Notes: a model not told the origin generated them from the letters alone. DNA of 64,000 nt from an uncultured Rhodobiaceae bacterium (GCA_913030915.1 CAJWEW010000001.1:35225-99224), one strand, 5' to 3'; counted from the stretch's first letter, positions 23,266 to 31,359 are shown. A program made the numbers and translations.

Positions 23266-24186
23266 CTAGGACAATCCATATAAAAGTTTGCCCGCAACCG
23301 GTAATGAAGCCCTCATTATCCGTCCATTCATTGAGTCAGTTATATAGAGCGTTTTTCTATCTGGACCACCAAATGCCGTATTTGTCATCAAACTATGATT
23401 ATCCGTATAAATCAGATGTGTTGGCAGACAATTACTATCAAATCTCCAAACACCAACCCCTAAGTGATTCACAATCATTCCATCTTCGGAGTCCATTTCA
23501 AGTCCATCTGGTCCAGCATGGCCCCCAGATAACTGTATTGCAACACCGCTTTTGCTCACACTGTTATCTGCCATTAGAGGCAGTCGCCATATTTGTTGAG
23601 ACCTTGTTATAGCTACATATACTTGATTTTCGGAATTATTCACCGTTATACCATTTGGGCTCGGTGCGTTTGTCACAAGTTTATGTAATTCACCACTGGC
23701 CGTTAACCTAAATACCCTCCCAGTTGGATCTATGATTCCCGTCTGACCTTGGTCAGTAAAATATAGATCCCCGTTTGATGTAAAGTGAAGATCATTTAGG
23801 CCTTTGAATCCCTCGGAATACATAGTCTCTATAATTGGCTCAATCGAACCTGAGCTTACGTCTAATTTCATTAAACCTTGTTTATAGCAGGCAATATAAG
23901 CGGAGCCGTCTTTGTGGAATTTTAATCCGTTTGGCCAACCATCGTATTCGCAAACAATATCCCATTCACCGTCTGGAGTTATTTTAAAAATTCTGCCGAA
24001 AGGAATATCTGTTACATATAGATTACCCTTTCTGTCAAAAGAGGGGCCTTCAAGAAATTGATTTACTTTTGCGCCTTGTCTATTCGGGTTTGACCATGCT
24101 GTTTGTTTTGTATCCCTGTATTTCTCTGGCAGCTCTGTGAATACTTCAGCTTTTATAAGCTCTGGTTGATTAAACGGATTTAACAT
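23266..24186 (-). CDS. SMP-30/gluconolactonase/LRE-family beta-propeller hydrolase
   Basis: 306 aa. Repeated propeller-blade motifs ('EGPSFDRKGNLYVTD', 'NGLKFHKDG', 'NDLHFTSNGDLYFTD', 'PNGITV', 'PDGLEMDSEDG'). Confidence 0.7.
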   Translation of the reverse strand: MLNPFNQPELIKAEVFTELPEKYRDTKQTAWSNPNRQGAKVNQFLEGPSFDRKGNLYVTDIPFGRIFKITPDGEWDIVCEYDGWPNGLKFHKDGSAYIACYKQGLMKLDVSSGSIEPIIETMYSEGFKGLNDLHFTSNGDLYFTDQGQTGIIDPTGRVFRLTASGELHKLVTNAPSPNGITVNNSENQVYVAITRSQQIWRLPLMADNSVSKSGVAIQLSGGHAGPDGLEMDSEDGMIVNHLGVGVWRFDSNCLPTHLIYTDNHSLMTNTAFGGPDRKTLYITDSMNGRIMRASLPVAGKLLYGLS

Positions 24187-24311
24187 TGAATTTCCTCACG
24201 GTAAATTTTAATTGGTTGAACATGTAAAGTAACATATAAAATATTTTTTATTATACATAGATTTTTTTTTATACATATATAAAATAATACAGATAATTAT
24301 TTTTATTTTTT

Positions 24312-24761
24312 ATGGATAAAATTATGAATAATAATGAGAACGAATTGAGTCATTCTAATTTTAGTGTAGACCATATTGCGCATGCAGTTCCAGATATTGA
24401 AGAGGCGATAAACCAATATAAAAGAGTTTTCGGCGCTAGAGTATCGGATATCAAAACAATAGAAAAGCAAGACATAAAGATTGCGATTGTATCTTTTGCA
24501 AATTTAAATATTGAGCTTATGGAACCCTTGAGTGATAAATCACCTATCGCTAATTATTTGCAAAAAAATCCAAAAGGTGGATTGCACCATTACTGTCTTT
24601 CTGTTGGGGATCTCAAGCAGGCGTATGGAGACCAAAAAGAAAAGAAAATAAATATCTTATCAGAGCCAACAGCAGGCTATCATGGAAGAAATTTATATTT
24701 TATTCACCCAAGTGAGGTTTGTGGTGCACTGATAGAGGTTGAAGAGCATGAAAAAGAATGA
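24312..24761 (+). CDS. Methylmalonyl-CoA epimerase-like VOC-family protein
   Basis: 149 aa. 'VDHIAHAVPDIEEA', 'IELMEPLSDKSPIANYLQKNPKGGLHHYCLSV' and 'YFIHPSEVCGALIEVEE' match the MCE subfamily pattern. Confidence 0.75.
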   Translation: MDKIMNNNENELSHSNFSVDHIAHAVPDIEEAINQYKRVFGARVSDIKTIEKQDIKIAIVSFANLNIELMEPLSDKSPIANYLQKNPKGGLHHYCLSVGDLKQAYGDQKEKKINILSEPTAGYHGRNLYFIHPSEVCGALIEVEEHEKE

Positions 24762-24806
24762 TAATTTTCATTTGTCAAAAATTTAATAAAATTAACAGAG
24801 GTAAAA

Positions 24807-25673
24807 ATGTCAAAAGCTGGTGGTGAATACAAAGAAGTATTATTTGAAATTAGAAATAAGGTCGCATGGATTTCAATAAATAGACCTGAAGTAAGAAATG
24901 CATTCCGTGAGCAGACTCTGGATGAGTTAACTGACGCTGTACTATCTACGCGTAACGATCCATCAATCGTGTGCGTTGTTATTAATGGGGTCGGTGATAA
25001 GGCTTTCTCTGCGGGGGGTGATTTTCACGCAATGATGAGGTTAGATTGGATTAACGCGGCGCACTGGAATGATCGCATGTTAGCGTTAGCAATGGCGATT
25101 AGAGGCTTACCAATACCAGTAGTTGCATCTGTTCATGGCTACTGTATGGGTGGTGGTCACGAGCTTGCACTTTGGTGTGATTTGGTTATTGCTGCGGATG
25201 ACGCAATATTTGGGCAAAGCGGTGCAGTAGTCGGGGCCTGTCCTACTGTTGGGGCAACTCAATATCTTCCGCAACTAATTGGGTCAAGGTTAGCAAAGGA
25301 AATGATTTTTATGGCGAGAAGATTCACTGCAGAAGAAGCTGTAAGCATCGGATTAATCAACAAAGTGGTTCCAAAAGATAAATTAGACGAAGAAACCCAG
25401 AAGTGGTGCGAGGGGCTTATCGAAAGAAGTGGTCAGACTATAAGACAGACAAAGAAATCACTCAATCATGACTCCGACACACTATATGCAAGTTGGCAGC
25501 ATGGTATGGAACTTCTTGCTCATGTATGGGGTTCTGAAGAGTCTCTTGAAGGCATGAATGCATTTCTTGAAAAAAGAAAGCCTGACTTTCAGCAGTTCCG
25601 TGAAAGAAGAAAAGAAAATGTTGAGGCATATCTTGACGGGCTTGATAATGATGAGAATGAAAGACCTAATTAG
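24807..25673 (+). CDS. Crotonase-superfamily enzyme of the MenB/BadI subfamily (function unknown)
   Basis: 288 aa. 'ISINRPEVRNAFRE', 'GVGDKAFSAGGD', 'GYCMGGGHELALWCDLVIAADDAIFGQSG' and C-terminal 'EGMNAFLEKRKPDFQQF' parallel E. coli MenB blocks as I recall them. Confidence 0.8.
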   Translation: MSKAGGEYKEVLFEIRNKVAWISINRPEVRNAFREQTLDELTDAVLSTRNDPSIVCVVINGVGDKAFSAGGDFHAMMRLDWINAAHWNDRMLALAMAIRGLPIPVVASVHGYCMGGGHELALWCDLVIAADDAIFGQSGAVVGACPTVGATQYLPQLIGSRLAKEMIFMARRFTAEEAVSIGLINKVVPKDKLDEETQKWCEGLIERSGQTIRQTKKSLNHDSDTLYASWQHGMELLAHVWGSEESLEGMNAFLEKRKPDFQQFRERRKENVEAYLDGLDNDENERPN

Positions 25674-25690
25674 CACAAAAAGGACAATTT

Positions 25691-26890
25691 ATGGCTAAAA
25701 AAGAAAAAGGCCCTCTAACTGGCATTAAGGTGCTAGACTTAAGCAGAATATTGGCGGGTCCATTTTGCACTATGAACCTTGGGGATATGGGCGCAGAAAT
25801 CATCAAGATAGAGCAACCTGGAAAAGGTGATGATACAAGAGCATGGGGCCCTCCATTCGCAGGAAGTGAAGCTGCATATTTCCTCGGTATTAATCGAAAT
25901 AAAAAAAGTGTGACATTAAACTTAAAATCTGAGGAAGGCATAACTATCCTAAAGCAACTTCTTAAGGATGCTGACGTGCTGATAGAAAATTTTAAGTATG
26001 GCACAATGGATAGTTATGGAATCAGTGACGAATGGAGAGAGAAAGAAGCACCTCAACTTATACATTGTCAGATTACCGGATATGGCGGAAGAGGTCCAAG
26101 AGGTAAAAGACCGGGGTATGACTTTCTACTACAAGCTGAAAGTGGGCTAATGAGTATCACAGGGGAAGAAAATGGGGAACCCATGAAAGTTGGTGTTGCA
26201 TTAGTCGATATATGCACAGGGATGAATGCAACAATATCTATTTTAGGAGCATTAAATTCCAGATACAATACTGGTAAAGGGCAAAAAGTAGAGACCAGCC
26301 TGTATGCAACCAGCATTTCAATGTTAGTTAATGTTGCGGCAAATCACCTAGTTAGCGGTAAGCCCGCCAGAAGATTTGGCAACGGGCATCCAAATATTGT
26401 ACCCTACAGGACATTTGAGGCGAAAGATGGCAGTATTGCTATTGCTGTTGGAAACGACACTCAATTTGCAAAATTTGCCACATGTTTGAACAAAGAAGAG
26501 TGGGCAACAGATACAAGGTTCACTAAAAATGCTGATAGAGTAATAAATAGACAATTAATCGATCAGGAAATACAGAATGTCATTGCTGGCAAAACAGTTA
26601 CAGAATGGCTAGAGAAATTGTTAAGTTCAGATATTCCTGCAAGCGCTGTGAATTCTGTTGAAAGCGCATTAGCAGATGAACAGACTATAGCTAATGACAT
26701 GGTCGTAAATATAGAGCATTCAGAAGCTGGAACACTCAAGATGTTAGGTGTTCCATATAGATTTTCTGATACACCAGCTCAGATAGATAAAGCACCACCA
26801 CTTCTAGGAGAAGATAATAATGACGTCTTATCCTCTCTTGGATACGAGGAAGATTATATAAAAGAACTTCGTTCAAAAAACGTTATTTAA
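25691..26890 (+). CDS. Class III (CaiB/BaiF family) CoA-transferase
   Basis: 399 aa. 'GPLTGIKVLDLSRILAGPFCTMNLGDMGAEIIKIE' and 'GYDFLLQAESGLMSITG' (catalytic Asp region). Confidence 0.85.
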   Translation: MAKKEKGPLTGIKVLDLSRILAGPFCTMNLGDMGAEIIKIEQPGKGDDTRAWGPPFAGSEAAYFLGINRNKKSVTLNLKSEEGITILKQLLKDADVLIENFKYGTMDSYGISDEWREKEAPQLIHCQITGYGGRGPRGKRPGYDFLLQAESGLMSITGEENGEPMKVGVALVDICTGMNATISILGALNSRYNTGKGQKVETSLYATSISMLVNVAANHLVSGKPARRFGNGHPNIVPYRTFEAKDGSIAIAVGNDTQFAKFATCLNKEEWATDTRFTKNADRVINRQLIDQEIQNVIAGKTVTEWLEKLLSSDIPASAVNSVESALADEQTIANDMVVNIEHSEAGTLKMLGVPYRFSDTPAQIDKAPPLLGEDNNDVLSSLGYEEDYIKELRSKNVI

Positions 26891-26903
26891 AAATCAAATT
26901 TTT

Positions 26904-27797
26904 ATGATTGATAAAACTTCAACATCACAAGACGCAATAAGGAATAATGTGAATGCCGGAGATACTATATTTATTGGTGGTTTTGGTCACTTAATACCAT
27001 TTCATCTCTCGCATGAGCTAATTCGCCAAAAAATATTAGATTTAACCATTTGCCGATCGGGGGCAGATATACTATTCGATCAATTAATTGCATCTGAAAT
27101 TGTTAAAAAAGTTATTTTTGGTTATGTTGGAAATCCGACGGTTGGTCTGTCCCACTCATTCAGCAGAGCATACAAAAAAAAATCAGTAGAAATTGAAGAG
27201 TGGACAAACCAGTCGATCATAATGAGATTACATGCGGCAAGGATGGGTGTGAGTTTTATTCCATCGAAGATTCTTCAGATTGGAGATAAGCCAAGTAATA
27301 TTGATTATCTAAAACAAATTAAATGTCCATACACAGATCAAAAATTTTCAGCGATTCCATCGCTAAAGCCTGATATTGCAATAATACACGCGCAATTAGC
27401 TGATAAGTATGGAAATATTCAAATGTGGGGTATTGATGGTGACACTATCGAAGGGGCGCTGGCATCAGATAAGATTATTGTCAGTGTAGAAAAAATTATT
27501 AGTAATTCAAAAATAAAAGAGTCACCAGAAAAAACAGTTATACCATCACACAGAGTTTCTAATATCATTGAACTTCCATGGGGTGCATACCCGTCATATG
27601 TTTCAGGTCATTATTCACGGGATGATAATCATTATATAGAATATGATACAATATCACGGGATGAGGATAAGCTATCTAGCTACCTTAAAAATTGGGTTCA
27701 TGATGCTAGAAATATCGAAGCATATAAAAAGTTAATTGGAAATACAAAAATCAAAGAGCTTGAACAGGGGCTTTGTGGAGTAAAAAATGAAAATTGA
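26904..27797 (+). CDS. Class I CoA-transferase, subunit A (glutaconate-CoA-transferase-like)
   Basis: 297 aa. 'AGDTIFIGGFG' N-terminus and 'ELPWGAYPSYVSGHYSRD', typical of GctA-like alpha subunits. Overlaps the B subunit by 11 bp. Confidence 0.75.
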   Translation: MIDKTSTSQDAIRNNVNAGDTIFIGGFGHLIPFHLSHELIRQKILDLTICRSGADILFDQLIASEIVKKVIFGYVGNPTVGLSHSFSRAYKKKSVEIEEWTNQSIIMRLHAARMGVSFIPSKILQIGDKPSNIDYLKQIKCPYTDQKFSAIPSLKPDIAIIHAQLADKYGNIQMWGIDGDTIEGALASDKIIVSVEKIISNSKIKESPEKTVIPSHRVSNIIELPWGAYPSYVSGHYSRDDNHYIEYDTISRDEDKLSSYLKNWVHDARNIEAYKKLIGNTKIKELEQGLCGVKNEN

Positions 27798-28527
27798 TTT
27801 CAGAGAATATAGCCCAAATCAGCGGATCGCAATAATTGCAGCATCCGAACTTGTGGGATATAAGTCCTGTTTTGTTGGAATTGGTATTCCGTCCGACGCA
27901 GCATGCCTGGCAAAACTTAGTGTTGAGCCTGAACTCAACCTTATTTATGAGTCTGGGGCAATTGGTGCTCTACCACTTTCTAAATCTTATTCGACTGGTA
28001 GCCCATCAATCGCACATGGTGCGGATATGATAACAGATAGCCTCTCTGTGTTTTCAGACTTGCAGGCTGGACGAATAGACGTTGGTTTACTATCTGCAGC
28101 CCAAATTGATATATTTGGAAATTTAAATTCAACCGTTATTGGAGACTATGACGATCCAAAGATAAGGATGGTTGGGTCGGGTGGGGCGCATGATATTGCA
28201 TGTTTAATACCAAATCTAATCATTCTGATGCCTCATGATCCGAGGCGGTTTGTTGATAGTGTCGATTTTGCAACTAGCCCGGGTTCTGGAAGAGATATTA
28301 AGAAAATTAGAGACCAATTAAATCTGGCAGAAGGTCCCTCTATTCTTATTACCGATAAAGCAAAATTTATAATGTCGGATGAAGGTTGGTTGCTACATAG
28401 TATACTTGATAATTTTACTTTTGCAGAGGCAACTGAAGGACTGCCATGGTCATTAAAACCTCCTATTACCGGTCCAATTGAGACAGATCCAGCCATAATT
28501 TCTGCATTGGAACAAATTAATTATTAA
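27787..28527 (+). CDS. Class I CoA-transferase, subunit B (GctB-like)
   Basis: 246 aa. 'NLIYESGAIG' places a Glu at residue 55, where GctB carries the catalytic glutamate; also 'GSGGAHD'. Confidence 0.75.
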   Translation: MKIDFREYSPNQRIAIIAASELVGYKSCFVGIGIPSDAACLAKLSVEPELNLIYESGAIGALPLSKSYSTGSPSIAHGADMITDSLSVFSDLQAGRIDVGLLSAAQIDIFGNLNSTVIGDYDDPKIRMVGSGGAHDIACLIPNLIILMPHDPRRFVDSVDFATSPGSGRDIKKIRDQLNLAEGPSILITDKAKFIMSDEGWLLHSILDNFTFAEATEGLPWSLKPPITGPIETDPAIISALEQINY

Positions 28528-29887
28528 TTATTTCATCTATACTTTGAAGGGTTACATCAAGTATAGTATCAATTTCATCATTATTAATACAAAAAGCAGG
28601 TGCGAAACCAATTGTATCACCTGCTGGCATTGCTCGAGCTAAAACGCCATTTTTTGCCATCCTCATAACTATCTCTTGGGATAACTGCCCCTTTTTTTCA
28701 AAAAATTTCCTATTTTTCTTATCTTTAACAAGCTCTATAGCAGATAGCAATCCAATGCCCCTAACATCACCTATTTGAGGGTGATCTTGAAATTTCTCCT
28801 TTAGTTTGAAATTAAAGTATTTGGATATATCCTTACCTTTTTTGATAAGTTGATGATTATCTATATGATTTAAATTCGCGACTCCAGCTGCACAAGATAT
28901 TGGGTGGGCAGAATAGGTTGAACCATGTGTCCACACACCGTATTTATCTGTTGCATCTCTTATTACATTCGATATTTTTTCTGATAATATTGATCCTGAT
29001 AGAGGAGAGTATGCTGAGGTGATGCCCTTGGCGACAGTGATCATATCAGCTTCAATCCCAAAATAATCAACACCAAACATTTTTCCGAGTCTGCCGAAGC
29101 CTGTCACAACCTCATCTGATATTAGTGCAATATTGTATTTCTCCAACACATTTTTAATTCTAGGCCAGTAATTATGCGGCGGAGGTACCAGTCCACCATT
29201 TCCTATAACAGGCTCAGCAATAAACCCAGCTATAGTGTCTGGATTTTCTTTTAAAATAAGCTCTTCAAGCTGATCCGCACAAAATTGGGAATATTCATCT
29301 TCTGTTTGATCAAGATCAGCTCTGTGGAAATAAAATGCATCCTCCGTATGAAGTATCCCCTCGATAGGTAAATCATAATTAAAATGATATGTTTCTATTC
29401 CTGTGAGGCTACCCGTAAAAATACTCGCTCCGTGGTACCCACCCCTCCTTGATATTATTTTCTTTTTCTTCGTATGACCGATAAGATTGTTGTAGTACCA
29501 TAATAATTTAATATTGGTATCATTAGCGTCAGAGCCAGATAAACCAAAATATATTTTTTTCATATTATTTGGTGACCTTTCAATTACCATGTCAGATAAT
29601 TTGATTGAAGCCTCCGTGGCATTTCCATAATAACAATGGTAATATGCAAGCTCTTCAGCTTGTTTTTTTATCGCGTCAATAATATCTGTGCAACCATAAC
29701 CAACATTAACACAATACAGACCAGAAAAAGCGTCTATAAATGAGTTACCTTGGGCATCTATTATCTCTACACCCCTTGCAGTTTTCATAATTCTATTATC
29801 GATTTCACCGCGTTCAAACTTTGCAAGGTGAGTCATAGGGTGAATAAGATATTCTCTATCTATTTTTTCGTATTCGTTTAAATTCAT
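28517..29887 (-). CDS. Class III (omega-) aminotransferase, PLP-dependent
   Basis: 456 aa. 'SGLYCVNVGYG', 'LISDEVVTGFGRLG' and 'TVAKGITSAY' (PLP lysine). Confidence 0.85.
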   Translation of the reverse strand: MNLNEYEKIDREYLIHPMTHLAKFERGEIDNRIMKTARGVEIIDAQGNSFIDAFSGLYCVNVGYGCTDIIDAIKKQAEELAYYHCYYGNATEASIKLSDMVIERSPNNMKKIYFGLSGSDANDTNIKLLWYYNNLIGHTKKKKIISRRGGYHGASIFTGSLTGIETYHFNYDLPIEGILHTEDAFYFHRADLDQTEDEYSQFCADQLEELILKENPDTIAGFIAEPVIGNGGLVPPPHNYWPRIKNVLEKYNIALISDEVVTGFGRLGKMFGVDYFGIEADMITVAKGITSAYSPLSGSILSEKISNVIRDATDKYGVWTHGSTYSAHPISCAAGVANLNHIDNHQLIKKGKDISKYFNFKLKEKFQDHPQIGDVRGIGLLSAIELVKDKKNRKFFEKKGQLSQEIVMRMAKNGVLARAMPAGDTIGFAPAFCINNDEIDTILDVTLQSIDEIINN

Positions 29888-29977
29888 TGTTGTGTTAATG
29901 TTTATAGTGAATATTATACCTTAATACGTATGTGTAAATCTTTCAATATTTGATAATTAAATTAAAGGAATATAGTT

Positions 29978-30307
29978 ATGAGTTTTTTTGAAAAAATGAA
30001 GTTGGCAAGAGAAAATAAAGATCACATTGCATTTGGTGAGCTACTATCTGAAAGCTACACATTTGTTAGACATCAGACTGGGACAACAATGAATAAAGAA
30101 GAAACCTTAGCAATGATTGAGGGGTTTTTTAACAGTGACGCTTTTGATGTTGAAAGTCACAGATGCGTTTATGAGAATGATGATATTCTTGTTGAACACA
30201 TGGTAATTGCTTTCCCTGATAATACAAAAGAAGCTGTTTTAGCGGCATACACTAAAAAAGATGACAAATTTATTCAATGTGAAACTGGGGCAACAAGGAT
30301 TGAGTAG
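29978..30307 (+). CDS. Small hypothetical protein, possibly NTF2/SnoaL-like fold
   Basis: 109 aa with an RBS-like 'AAAGGAA' upstream. The fold guess rests only on size and alternating beta-like pattern. Confidence 0.4.
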   Translation: MSFFEKMKLARENKDHIAFGELLSESYTFVRHQTGTTMNKEETLAMIEGFFNSDAFDVESHRCVYENDDILVEHMVIAFPDNTKEAVLAAYTKKDDKFIQCETGATRIE

Positions 30308-30312
30308 GTATA

Positions 30313-30428
30313 GTGTGGGTAAGTGAAATCAACCTTTAGGGATTTATAGGGATATGTTGATATAGTTTGTAAGATGAGGTTTGGTAATACTAACTATCAT
30401 CTACCCACACAACAACTTAACGGTGTGG
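30313..30428. repeat. GTGTGGG-motif inverted repeats in a convergent intergenic region
   Basis: 'GTGTGGGTA' at 30313-30321 is the exact reverse complement of 'TACCCACAC' at 30402-30410. A third copy, 'GTGTGG' at 30423-30428, can pair with 30405-30410 instead and is followed by 'TTTCATCTTT'. Confidence 0.6.
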
Positions 30429-30448
30429 TTTCATCTTTAGATCACTTT

Positions 30449-31267
30449 TTATATATTTTTTCCTTCACCATGTACATGTTTTTCAATATGTCTTGACGGT
30501 GACTGGCCATTTATATCAACACCCATAGGCGACCAAGTGCAAACATTGGTTGTTTTTGTCCATACTGTTTTATTTTCTCCTGGTACAAAAAACTCTACAA
30601 AATCGCAGCTGTTTTCATCTGTATAAAACCAATGTGGCTCGTTCTCAAAATTGTATAAAACATCATACTTTTCAAGTTTTGTCTCTTTGCCATCCAGAAC
30701 TGCAATGACTTCACCCTCAGTAATTAACTGGTAGTGCTGTGCTCCAACATGATAGTGCTCAGGACAGGATGTATTTTTTGGGTATATTATCAACTCACCT
30801 TTAACTGAGTCTGTGCCTGCAAGGAGTTCTGATAACAAATATACCCTCTTTCTATCATCATGCTCGGATTTTAGAATTGGTTCATTCCCCCAATTAATTA
30901 TGTTAATTTGCGAGTCATAGGAATCTGAAGCATTGCTTTCAAATATTTTATAATTATTAATTTTTGTTATTGCCAACTCCGTATCGCTGATTGCGCTTAA
31001 TTGCACTTCTCCTTTGCCCTTAATTAATACAATCTGATCCTTATTTAAGTTAGCGTCAGATATCTTTACACCTCCCGATAATATTTGTATCCAGCTAATA
31101 TCGCTATCTTTATTTAAATAATCTAAATGGGATTTATTTGATAGTTTATAATAATCAATTGTTATTCTGCTATCATCAAGGTCATCTTTTCGGAGTAAAT
31201 TTTTACATTTAATATCTTGATCAATGATAATGTATTCAGCATCATTAAATTTCTTAACAATTGGCAT
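30449..31267 (-). CDS. Two-domain cupin protein (C-terminal metal-binding cupin)
   Basis: 272 aa. C-terminal cupin motifs 'CPEHYHVGAQHYQLITEGEV' and 'FENEPHWFY'. The N-terminal half looks like a degenerate second barrel. Confidence 0.6.
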   Translation of the reverse strand: MPIVKKFNDAEYIIIDQDIKCKNLLRKDDLDDSRITIDYYKLSNKSHLDYLNKDSDISWIQILSGGVKISDANLNKDQIVLIKGKGEVQLSAISDTELAITKINNYKIFESNASDSYDSQINIINWGNEPILKSEHDDRKRVYLLSELLAGTDSVKGELIIYPKNTSCPEHYHVGAQHYQLITEGEVIAVLDGKETKLEKYDVLYNFENEPHWFYTDENSCDFVEFFVPGENKTVWTKTTNVCTWSPMGVDINGQSPSRHIEKHVHGEGKNI

Positions 31268-31359
31268 TTTTTTGTCCTATTTGCATGTATTTAATTATAA
31301 GGATATAATTTTTATTGAACCTAGTAAACTCTTTTAAGATGCCTATATGAGAAGATAAT

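Noticed and set aside
24807-25673. Calling the MenB-like crotonase a menaquinone-biosynthesis DHNA-CoA synthase
   Set aside because: No other men genes are nearby, and the context is CoA-transferases and an epimerase. The region aligning to the MenB Ser/Asp catalytic loop is different. It is kept as a MenB/BadI-subfamily enzyme of unknown function.
31223-31246. Fur-box-like inverted repeat AATGAT-N12-ATCATT
   Set aside because: It lies inside the first 45 nt of the bicupin coding sequence rather than in a promoter. It matches only the outer hexamers of the Fur consensus, and such AT-rich palindromes are frequent in this genome.
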